A stretch of DNA of 46,874 bases from a virus: the IMG/VR virus record IMGVR_UViG_3300035181_001974, one strand, 5' to 3'. Positions 8,492 through 16,989 of this stretch are shown one piece after another. Every line of letters begins with the position of its first letter. Position 1 is the first letter of the stretch. The notes under the pieces are model-generated. The model had not been told where the DNA came from, made no database searches, and worked only from the letters and a program-made list of their open reading frames with translations. The position numbers and the translations under genes were made by a program.

Positions 8492-10399
8492 TCACTTCAA
8501 CATCACCTTGGGTTGCGTACGGGCGACAGAGATGTGAGGAATCTTGACCTTGCCGTCCCATTTGCGGTGCCAGATCCAGCCACCGAGCTTGTCCTTGAGC
8601 TCCTTTGCACGAGCTTCGATCATCTCGTCGGTGACCTGTGACCACGGGACATCGAACATCATGTTATTCTCTGCAACGTCGGAAGTGTCCCTGCCCCACA
8701 GGCCGTTCCAGTGGTTCTGCCAGTAGTCACGGTAGAGGCGGATCTTACGAGGAAGATCGTACCATGAGTAGTGGAAGACGCAAGGCAGTCGGTTCACTGC
8801 AGCGTTGAACCACAACTGATACTGGAGGAGGGCGTTGTTGTCGCCCATGATCGCAAATTGTCTGACGCGTTCCACGTCAGGTGTGTAGAACGACACGTGA
8901 GGCAGACGCTCGCCAGTCTCTTTGTCGATCATGTCGCAACCATCAGTGCCAGGCAGCGCCATCGGGTGCCCGTCTGCATCAGTGGTTCGTAGTTCACGGG
9001 GAATCCCGTGAGTGATGTTGGGCTTGTTACGCGACAGCCGCCACTTCCACGGCTGAATGTCAACGCGAACCTTTTCGGGTCCGCCCCAATACTCGATGAC
9101 GGGCAGTGACAACACGTCTGCCTCGCGGGGAATCTTACGGCACAAGTCGATCACCTTTGCTGCGTCGTCCTCGTGAACGATCTCGTCGGAGTCCATCTGC
9201 CAGCAGTACTCACTGGTGCACATTGCTCGGGCTTCGGCCTTTTGCATGCCGTCAAAGACCGCGTGACGTGGATGAGACCAATCTCGCGGAACCTGCTTGA
9301 CTTTGAGGATCGGATCAGTCGAAGCCAAGAACTGCAACGCTTGCCAGGTACCGTCAGTGCTACCACCGTCGACTACGCAAATCTCGTCGCAGAACTCTGC
9401 CATCGACAAGATAGCCTCCTTCCACGGGTACTTTTGGGTGACGCAGTTGTAGACGGTCATGTAGCCCGAGATGGTGGGCTTGTAGTCCATCATGTGCTTG
9501 ACACCATTCCAAAACATGGCGCGGGCTGCAAACAGATAATCCTTGATGCTTTCGAGATCATCGGTGTTGAACCATTCCTCGTCCTTGTGTTGGACGTGGT
9601 CGTTGAGGTGTAGCTTGCAACCCAATAGCTTGGCTTCAATGACCATGCGAGGGCAGGTGTCTGCCCCATTCGGCAGGTAGACAAAGCCTTCTGCCTTCGA
9701 GAGTTGCTCGAGTAGCTCGTGGTAGGGAACGTTCCAGACCACGTGGTAGTCCTTGCCGTTGTCCATGCACCACTTCTCAGCAGCACCGGCACCCTTGACC
9801 CAAGAGTTCGAACCCAGGACAATCCACCCCTTGCGTTCCGCAGGTGCGTTGGCACGCAGTTTCTCGATGAGGCCCAAGGTTTCAGGTGAAAAGACGCTAG
9901 AGAGGACGACGTTGTCCTTTTCTGCCAAGAATGGGAATACTGCGTGGTAGCGTTCCTTCTGCTTCTCTGACATCCACCAGAGCCCCAAGGAACCATAGTA
10001 GAACGCGGAGACCAGCTTGCCGTTGTTCTGGTTGTGACAGTCACAAGGAGTCTTCGTGGCGTCAAAGTGCTTCTCTGGAGAACGGAAGCGACAGTACTTG
10101 TAGTCGTACTCGAGGACCGTGTACTTCAGGTTGGCAACGATGCTGGGGATCAACTGGGGATTAATGTCAGCGAAGTTGCCGAAGATCCAGAACTTGTCAG
10201 CTCCCTGTTCAAGGGTCTGCAGCGTCAGGTCACGAGTGTGCAACTTCTGCACCTTGACGGGACTGGAATCGATGAGTGCCTGCGATGTGAGTTCCGCACC
10301 TCCGACGTAGTCTTCGACGAACATGTCTGAGACAAAGACGACCTTTGCGTCATCTGCGATGCGAGCGACTGGGGATTTGAAGATCTGTTCGTCGAACAC
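8492..10399 (-). CDS. large bifunctional glycosyltransferase (N-terminal GT-B-like region plus C-terminal GT2 domain)
   Basis: C-terminal MTVYNCVTQKYPWKEAILSMAEFCDEICVVDGGSTDGT is a GT2 signature. N-terminal EGFVYLPNGADTCPRMVIEAKLLGCK is GT-B-like. Confidence 0.6.
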   Translation of the reverse strand: MFDEQIFKSPVARIADDAKVVFVSDMFVEDYVGGAELTSQALIDSSPVKVQKLHTRDLTLQTLEQGADKFWIFGNFADINPQLIPSIVANLKYTVLEYDYKYCRFRSPEKHFDATKTPCDCHNQNNGKLVSAFYYGSLGLWWMSEKQKERYHAVFPFLAEKDNVVLSSVFSPETLGLIEKLRANAPAERKGWIVLGSNSWVKGAGAAEKWCMDNGKDYHVVWNVPYHELLEQLSKAEGFVYLPNGADTCPRMVIEAKLLGCKLHLNDHVQHKDEEWFNTDDLESIKDYLFAARAMFWNGVKHMMDYKPTISGYMTVYNCVTQKYPWKEAILSMAEFCDEICVVDGGSTDGTWQALQFLASTDPILKVKQVPRDWSHPRHAVFDGMQKAEARAMCTSEYCWQMDSDEIVHEDDAAKVIDLCRKIPREADVLSLPVIEYWGGPEKVRVDIQPWKWRLSRNKPNITHGIPRELRTTDADGHPMALPGTDGCDMIDKETGERLPHVSFYTPDVERVRQFAIMGDNNALLQYQLWFNAAVNRLPCVFHYSWYDLPRKIRLYRDYWQNHWNGLWGRDTSDVAENNMMFDVPWSQVTDEMIEARAKELKDKLGGWIWHRKWDGKVKIPHISVARTQPKVMLK

Positions 10400-10497
10400 T
10401 GTGTGCCTCTTTGCGAGACTCTACCCCATGGTGTGTCCCAGTGTTCAAGTCTTCGAACCCGTGAATGATGCGCGCGACGTATTACTTAATTGCGGAA

Positions 10498-10640
10498 CTG
10501 CTCCTTAGCTCTTAATCGAACTGTGGACTGCTCTTAAATTTCAACATCTAGTTTAGATCTGCTTAAGAACTCTTAATCGAACTGTGGACTGCTCTTAAAT
10601 TTAACGTCTAGCTTAAGACTGCTTAATAGCTCTTAATCTT
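10498..10640. repeat. iteron-like array: five CTGCT(C)TTAA motifs at 30-31 bp phasing inside two 61-bp tandem direct repeats (10509-10569, 10570-10630) plus a partial third
   Basis: Read directly. ctcttaatcgaactgtggactgctcttaaattt occurs at 10509-10541 and 10570-10602. The CTGCT(C)TTAA motifs start at 10498, 10528, 10559, 10589 and 10619. The region is AT-rich and lies between divergent gene blocks. Confidence 0.8.
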
Positions 10641-10693
10641 AAGTCTTAATCGGGCGTATACCCGCGATTCGTCGACGCGAGAAGGACCAACTG

Positions 10694-11230
10694 ATGCCCA
10701 CCAAAAAGCCAGGAAGTGCACGAGGATCTGCAGCTCGTTTGATTGGAACAGACCTAGACACGACCCGAGTCCTTGCAGAGATTCAACAGAAGGTGAACTC
10801 CTCTCCGGCACTCAACGGCGGGTTCGACACCCTTCTGTACAAGGTTGACAAGATCGAAGAGTCGCAGGGCAAAATCGTCTCGACTGTCGACAAGATCCAC
10901 GCGGCGATCTATGAACCTGACACGGGCCTCTTCTCCAGGATCAACACCGTGCAAGCCACAGCGTCCAAAGAAAATGGCGAACTTGAGAAGCAGTTGATCG
11001 AGCTAAACACCTGGAAGGCACAGACCGAGAAGTCAGCCCAGGAAGACAAAACGTCAGATGAAGCTCTGGTCAAGAAAGTCGAAGAGCAGCAGAAAGTCAT
11101 CGAGCAATTGACACAGTGGAAGGCCACAGTTTCAAAGGTCGGTGCATGGATCGGTATGGGATTCGGCGGTGGCGCTGTCACTTTGCTTTTCAAGATCCTG
11201 TATGATGTATTGACGACACACTGGAAGTGA
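10694..11230 (+). CDS. coiled-coil protein with a C-terminal transmembrane segment
   Basis: GAAGGA Shine-Dalgarno 8 nt upstream. Heptad-rich EKQLIELNTWKAQTEK..., then a hydrophobic VGAWIGMGFGGGAVTLLFKILY. Confidence 0.55.
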   Translation: MPTKKPGSARGSAARLIGTDLDTTRVLAEIQQKVNSSPALNGGFDTLLYKVDKIEESQGKIVSTVDKIHAAIYEPDTGLFSRINTVQATASKENGELEKQLIELNTWKAQTEKSAQEDKTSDEALVKKVEEQQKVIEQLTQWKATVSKVGAWIGMGFGGGAVTLLFKILYDVLTTHWK

Positions 11231-11233
11231 GCG

Positions 11234-12484
11234 GTGTACTATGGTCCCGTGAACTCTGGGACCCAAGTCTACCTCCAGGACGACGTTAGAGCGGCATTGC
11301 ACCGCCTCGTTGGACGTCTGCGGCTACTAACGCAGAAAGTTCAGGATGATGTTCTAGTCTCTAGGGATGATCGTAGCCTTATCCATACCCGGTTCCAGAT
11401 GTTGTTCAACCTGCGTTTGGCTGATCCACTCGAGGCCAGGCTACTAGAAATCATCATCGGCCATGCGGTAGCGGCTGAGAAGATGGGACCCGGTGCCTTC
11501 GACATGACTCTCGAGAGGCTGCTAGAAATCATCGAACTGTTCTTGAAGGGTATTACGCCACTTGATTTTCAAATAAATCAGAATGTCATCTCGAGGCCGG
11601 CGACCGCAGACGATATTCGAAGGTGTGTCATTGATCGTGTTAAGAAGGTCGACAAGGTCGCCGGCGACATGTTGACAGATGCGTTGGAACTTGCGGGTTT
11701 CGGCGGGCGTATCATCGTAGAGAAGACGCATGCATTGATGCCGTCTGTCGAACTATCGCGTGGATATTCGTTTGACACGGTGGCTGCCTGGCAGCTGACA
11801 GCTCGTCTCGAGCAACCCAGGGCTCTCGTTATCGATGGTTACATCGAACAGGTCTCAGAGATTCATCACCTCCTCGAGGCGGCCAATGAGGCCAAAGAAC
11901 CCATCATCATGTTCGTCAGAGGCCTGTCACAGGAGGTACTTCACACTCTGAAGGTCAACTTCGACAGAGGTTCTTTGAAGGTCGTTCCAATCATCGTCAA
12001 GTTCGACCTCGAGGGAATTAACTCTGTCAACGATCTAGCGATCGTCACGGGCTGTGACCTCATTTCCAGCAATAAGGGTGACCTCATCTCTGCCATCAAG
12101 TTCGAGTCAGCACCACGGATCGAGGCTGCCCTCGTCTATCCCAACAAGGTGGTGTTGCAGCACTCAGCCACTCGAGCTCGTGTTGCAGAACACGTGGCAT
12201 TTCTTCGTGATAAACGCAGCAAGTCGAACGTGATCGAAGACGTTGGCAAGCTCTATGACAAACGAATCCGCTCTCTATCACCGAGTCACGTGGTGATGCG
12301 CCTGCCAGACAACAAAGACTTTGTCAGAGTCTCACAGTCGATTGACGTGGCGCTGAGAACCATCAAATCATTGGTCGATCATGGTGTGACAGCCGAAATG
12401 CCGACGGCCGCCAGGGTGGCGGCCGCGGTGCATGCGCAGAAGTGCTACGAGACCTTGGCCTCGCTAGGTGCGCTGCTTGTCTGA
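11234..12484 (+). CDS. divergent truncated chaperonin (GroEL/Cpn60-like; intermediate and apical domains present, GDGTTT nucleotide-binding motif and C-terminal equatorial domain absent)
   Basis: LSRGY aligns with GroEL [55 protein letters not shown] aligns with GroEL [62 protein letters not shown] aligns with [26 protein letters not shown] aligns with AVAAGMNPMDL. The position matching GDGTTTATVLA reads [11 protein letters not shown]. Confidence 0.65.
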   Translation: [416 protein letters not shown]

Positions 12485-13537
12485 CTTTTTGATTTCAGCG
12501 AGCACACGCTCCACATCGTAGAGGTTCAACCCTTCTTTGCGAATACTGTAGCCCATCTTCTTGCCCAGGTCGCGGATGGCAGCAATGACCCTAGCCGCAT
12601 CGTCAGCTTTGATCTTGTTGGGCAAACGGGCCGCCAATCGACCAGCGAGGTCCTTGACTTGATCGTCGTTTAGGCCCTCACCACCGGCCTTGGGTGCCTC
12701 AGCGGGCTTCTCGTTGCTCTTGGCGGCAGGAGTTTCGCCTGAGGTCGTCGGTGATGCGGTCTTTGCTCCGCTGGGAGCCTCGCCTGACTTGCTCTCGCCA
12801 GATTTTTTCTCTCCACTGACGTTGGCACCCTTTTTCAAATCGTCTTTCAGTTCTGGTGCAATGTCAGCGGTCTTGGGACCGGCCTCGATCGTCTGCTGCG
12901 CCTGCGTCAAGGCCGCGATGGGCGACGTCATGATGTCGTTGACGAGACCTTGAACGTCTGCGTAAGGCAGTTTCTTGAAGGCTCCAAAGAGGCCACCAGG
13001 CGTGAATGCCTTTATCAGCATGCCTTGAGCAGCTTGAATTTTGTCATTTGCTCCCGGCGTGCCAGCGGCAACGTTGTCGCCGCCAAGGCGGTCCTTGAGG
13101 CTGTCGCCTTCTGCCTTTTCGATCTTCAAATTCTTGACAATCTTTGGCAGCAGCTGAAACCCACGTTCCAGTGCGCTCGCAAGAGCCATCGCCTTGACAA
13201 TCGGATTTTCGCCGCCTGACAGCTTCGACTTCATCTTCTGCCAGGCTCGACCGATGCTTCCACCGCCCGTGTATTTGTTGATGTCGTTGGTTGCTGCGTC
13301 GACTGCGGCCTTCAAGGACTTGGCGTTGGGCAGCTTTGACACGAGATTTTCGAGCTTGTCGAGGACGGCGGATGCCTTGTTGAGCTCCTCTTCGTCCATC
13401 GCCTCAACGATCAAGCGGGCTACGCGGTGCTCTTCGAGCAATTCAGCATTGATCCGTGAGACTTTTTCCTGAAGGCGCTGCAACCTGCGAGCCTCGTACT
13501 TCTCTTTGAGCGTAATGGCCATTTTATTGTTCCTCAC
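12464..13537 (-). CDS. hypothetical Ala/Lys-rich coiled-coil protein (antisense to all neighbouring genes)
   Basis: 1074-nt ORF with a strong AAGGTGAGGAA Shine-Dalgarno upstream of the ATG at 13537. The plus strand here has only three short unrelated ORFs. Confidence 0.6.
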   Translation of the reverse strand: MRNNKMAITLKEKYEARRLQRLQEKVSRINAELLEEHRVARLIVEAMDEEELNKASAVLDKLENLVSKLPNAKSLKAAVDAATNDINKYTGGGSIGRAWQKMKSKLSGGENPIVKAMALASALERGFQLLPKIVKNLKIEKAEGDSLKDRLGGDNVAAGTPGANDKIQAAQGMLIKAFTPGGLFGAFKKLPYADVQGLVNDIMTSPIAALTQAQQTIEAGPKTADIAPELKDDLKKGANVSGEKKSGESKSGEAPSGAKTASPTTSGETPAAKSNEKPAEAPKAGGEGLNDDQVKDLAGRLAARLPNKIKADDAARVIAAIRDLGKKMGYSIRKEGLNLYDVERVLAEIKKSDKQRT

Positions 13538-13586
13538 CTTTTACTAGGTAAGTAGGTGTGTTACCTTCATCATAGGATCCACATTC

Positions 13587-13841
13587 ATGCAACCCAAAGA
13601 CAAGATCGGCAAGGCGGCCTGGAATCAGATGCAGGCCATGAGGGACTCAGTGGTCAAGGACGTCGCCGATGCAATCCGTGACGGCAAGGTTGAGGCAGCG
13701 ACAGCTCAGCAGCTGTTGAACCTCATTTCTGCCTCAATCGAAGCTGGTTATCACAAAGGTTTCAGCGTCTTTGACAAGGAAGTTGATGCAGCGTTGGGGG
13801 AAGCCGCAAAGGATCACCGCCCAACTACGAAAAAAAAGTGA
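13587..13841 (+). CDS. hypothetical protein (84 aa)
   Basis: ORF; lysine-rich C-terminus. Confidence 0.4.
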   Translation: MQPKDKIGKAAWNQMQAMRDSVVKDVADAIRDGKVEAATAQQLLNLISASIEAGYHKGFSVFDKEVDAALGEAAKDHRPTTKKK

Positions 13842-13865
13842 GCTGGTGGTCCAAATTCATCAAGG

Positions 13866-14354
13866 ATGTCAGGTTTAGGGTCGGGTGACATGCCATCAGG
13901 TCTGAAACACCTCATCCGTTGCCGGTGCGTGATGCCGCAGTTCAAGAACTTGCCGGAGCCGCCGCCGCATCAGTTCGTCGTCTTTTCGATCATGGGCGAT
14001 GACGACAAGTTGATCGTGAAATATGCGCAGTGCAATAACTGCGGACGCATTCACAAGGTCATTGACGTCTGTAAGTCAGAGGTCACTGGCCGTGAGGCCT
14101 TCAGCTCTGTCATGACGATCGATGATGTCAAGGCATCACTGCCAGCAAACCTAGCCAACATCCTGGACGTCAATGGCGCCGACCTGCCAACCTGGGAGGC
14201 AGCACAATTTATCTATGAGAACAAGCGCTGGGGCGAGTTTGTGGTGTTGGCCACCGACGTTGAAGAAGGCACGCGCCAAGGCAAATACGTTCAGATCTTG
14301 GGAGAGAATCTTTTCAAGGTCAATGCATTCTCACGCGAGGAGTACGCAAGGTGA
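13866..14354 (+). CDS. hypothetical Cys-rich protein (possible zinc ribbon: RCRC...CNNCGRIHKVIDVC)
   Basis: ORF with clustered Cys pairs. Confidence 0.45.
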   Translation: MSGLGSGDMPSGLKHLIRCRCVMPQFKNLPEPPPHQFVVFSIMGDDDKLIVKYAQCNNCGRIHKVIDVCKSEVTGREAFSSVMTIDDVKASLPANLANILDVNGADLPTWEAAQFIYENKRWGEFVVLATDVEEGTRQGKYVQILGENLFKVNAFSREEYAR

Positions 14355-14602
14355 ATCAGCTGTACGGAAAGTCTGAGTCGGACCGCCGTGCGGAAGAAAA
14401 CCAAGTCGCTCGTCAGATCGTCAGCGAGATTGGTAACTTCGGCGTCAATGAGCGTCAGCGAGTGCTCATCATGTATCTTCTTGCTATGGAGCTAGAGAAC
14501 GTGGAGAACCTCAAGGCCTTCACGAGTATCATCAAAGAACGTTGCGGAAAGGACGTCTTCCTTTCTGATGGAGAGGAACCAGATGGGTCGATCGATCGGT
14601 GA
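14351..14602 (+). CDS. hypothetical protein (83 aa)
   Basis: ORF; ATGA overlap with the upstream gene. Confidence 0.4.
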   Translation: MNQLYGKSESDRRAEENQVARQIVSEIGNFGVNERQRVLIMYLLAMELENVENLKAFTSIIKERCGKDVFLSDGEEPDGSIDR

Positions 14603-15206
14603 GAGAAAGAACGTGCCCACCGCAGTCAGCACTGCACCCACGGCGTCGCCGGAAGAGATGCTGTTGCAATCGCTCGCATTCCAGCAGCAATCGTCAGCAA
14701 GAATCGTGGTGCTGCACGGTGACGTGACAGAGCACACCATCTCTGCTGTCATCGTCCAACTGTTGGACCTGGCGAACCAGAATCACAAGCCCATTCACCT
14801 GGTCATCTCCACGTACGGCGGTTCCGTCGATGAGATGTTTAGCCTCTACGATACTATCAAGTTCCTGCCGTGCCCGGTCCACACCATCGCCTTGGGCAAG
14901 GTAATGTCCGCAGGCGTGCTCCTGCTCGCGAGCGGTGTCAAAGGCAAGCGCATGATTGGCCGCTCCGCGCGTATCATGATTCATCCCATTTCAGGTGGAG
15001 CCATCGGCACCGTCTTTGACGTGATGAATGAGGCCAAGGAACACGCTCGACTGCAGGAGTTGATGATGGACGCCTTGGTCAAGGAGACGAAGATCTCCAA
15101 GAAGAAGGTGCAGGAGATCATGAAGGTCGGGCACGACTGTTATTTGACCCCAGACGAGGCCATCAAGCTCGGAATCGTTGACAAAATTGTCGGTGACAGC
15201 GACTGA
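14583..15206 (+). CDS. ClpP-family serine protease (S14; possible prohead protease)
   Basis: GKVMSAGVLLLASG (catalytic Ser context), ARIMIHPISGG (catalytic His, cf. ClpP RVMIHQPLGG), LTPDEAIKLGIVDKIV. Start moved to the second Met, which has a GGAGAGGAA Shine-Dalgarno at 6-nt spacing. Confidence 0.75.
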   Translation: MGRSIGERKNVPTAVSTAPTASPEEMLLQSLAFQQQSSARIVVLHGDVTEHTISAVIVQLLDLANQNHKPIHLVISTYGGSVDEMFSLYDTIKFLPCPVHTIALGKVMSAGVLLLASGVKGKRMIGRSARIMIHPISGGAIGTVFDVMNEAKEHARLQELMMDALVKETKISKKKVQEIMKVGHDCYLTPDEAIKLGIVDKIVGDSD

Positions 15207-15249
15207 GACCGTGTAGACCGCTCAAGGCGTTGGGTACGATGAAACCCAA

Positions 15250-16911
15250 ATGCCTAAGCATGACTACGTGCGGTATTTTCCGTTCTCTAATATCCGTGAT
15301 GAACAACGGAAGGCAATTGAGTTTGCACTCGATGCCTACGAGTCCGGCAAGCGCTATGTCATCCTCGAGATGGGCACGGGTTGTGGCAAGTCCGCGACCG
15401 GCGTCTGTATCGCTCGTTACCTTGAAGCACACGGTGAGGTGACACTCGATGAGGAAAACATGCCTCTGTCGGGTGCTTACATCCTGACGACGCAGAAGGT
15501 GTTGCAGCAGCAGTATCTCGATGACTTTGGCCCAGGCGTTGGCCCAGCTCGTAACCTGATGCGCAGCATCAAGTCGTCGACCAACTACCAGTGCGGGTTC
15601 TATCAAGACCAGACGTGTGCTGAATCCCGACGTGTGCTGAAGCAGCTCGGAAAGCGAATCTTCGGGACCGAGTTTCAGAAGCACTGTGGCAAGGGCGGCT
15701 GCTGTAGGTACGCCAAAGACAAGGCTGACTTTCTGGAGTCGCCCATCTCCATCACCAACTTCTCGTACTTCCTCTCTGAGACGACGTACGGCAAGCAACT
15801 GAAGCCCAGGGCATTGTTGATCGTCGACGAGTGTCACAATACCGAGCAAGAGCTCGGCAAGTTCATCGAGGTCACCTTCTCTGAGAAGTTTGCTAAGCAG
15901 GTGCTGAAGTGCCGCGTGCCAGTCCTGAACACTCAGGAGGCCGTCTACGAGTGGATCTCAAAGACGTATAAGACGGCCTTGGGTAAGTATATCCGCAACG
16001 TTGAGAAGGAGTTGCAGTCAAAGTTCGACTCTTCTGGGTCAGGCTTTGACGACCTCAGCAAGCAGTACGAGATGCTCGACAAGCACATTTGCAAGGTCAA
16101 TCGCTTCTTAACGGCATACAAGCCCGACAACTGGGTGATGAACGTGGTGCGGCCGCCCGCTGGGGCTCGAGGCATGCGAAAGTTCGAGTTCAAAACCATC
16201 GATGTCTCAGAGTTCAGTTACGATTCGCTGTTCAGGATGGGCGGGCGGACGTTGATGATGTCAGCGACAGTTGTTGACAAGGACGTCTTTTGCAAGTCGA
16301 TTGGCCTCGATCCGGTCGACGTGGCGTTCCTCAGCATTCCGTCGCCTTTCCCACCCGAGAATAGGCCAGTGCACTACATCCCAGCTGGGTCAATGTCGAT
16401 GGACAACATCGAAAAGACACTGCCCGCTCTTGCAGAGGCTGTCAAGATGTTGATCGACCAACACCCGAATGAGAAGGGCATCATTCACTGCGTCAACTAT
16501 CGTATCGCTCAGTATGTCAAGGACCACGTTAAGTCAAACAGGTTGTTGAACCACGATTCGACCAACCGCGATGCAGTGTTGCATCAGCACCTCGAGGGTA
16601 CCGACCCAACGGTGTTGCTGTCGCCGTCGATGATGGAAGGCGTTGACCTCGCTGATGAAGCGAGCAGGTTCCAGATCTTGTGTAAGGTCCCGTTTCCGTA
16701 CCTCGGCGACGCAGTCATCAAGAAGCGAATGGCCAAGAACAAGGCATGGTACACGTATCAGACGGTCAAGTCGATCATCCAGGCGATGGGTCGATCAGTT
16801 CGCAATGAGACTGACCACGCTGTCTCGTACATTCTCGACGCAGACTGGGAAAGGTTCTACAGGATGAACGGGCGTATGTTCCCTGAAGAGTTTTCAAAGG
16901 CGTTGTCATAG
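15250..16911 (+). CDS. SF2 DNA helicase, XPD/Rad3/DinG-like, with a 4-Cys FeS insertion
   Basis: Walker A EMGTGCGKSATG, DExH LIVDECHN, motif VI QAMGRSVRNETDHAVSYILD. Cys cluster QCG..QTC..HCGKGGCC lies between motifs I and II. Confidence 0.65.
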   Translation: MPKHDYVRYFPFSNIRDEQRKAIEFALDAYESGKRYVILEMGTGCGKSATGVCIARYLEAHGEVTLDEENMPLSGAYILTTQKVLQQQYLDDFGPGVGPARNLMRSIKSSTNYQCGFYQDQTCAESRRVLKQLGKRIFGTEFQKHCGKGGCCRYAKDKADFLESPISITNFSYFLSETTYGKQLKPRALLIVDECHNTEQELGKFIEVTFSEKFAKQVLKCRVPVLNTQEAVYEWISKTYKTALGKYIRNVEKELQSKFDSSGSGFDDLSKQYEMLDKHICKVNRFLTAYKPDNWVMNVVRPPAGARGMRKFEFKTIDVSEFSYDSLFRMGGRTLMMSATVVDKDVFCKSIGLDPVDVAFLSIPSPFPPENRPVHYIPAGSMSMDNIEKTLPALAEAVKMLIDQHPNEKGIIHCVNYRIAQYVKDHVKSNRLLNHDSTNRDAVLHQHLEGTDPTVLLSPSMMEGVDLADEASRFQILCKVPFPYLGDAVIKKRMAKNKAWYTYQTVKSIIQAMGRSVRNETDHAVSYILDADWERFYRMNGRMFPEEFSKALS

Positions 16912-16989
16912 TGCTCTACGCACACCCACATCACCTTTCCTTTACTGGTTGCCTGTGAGGCGTATACCTATTCTAGGAGGACACTAAGA

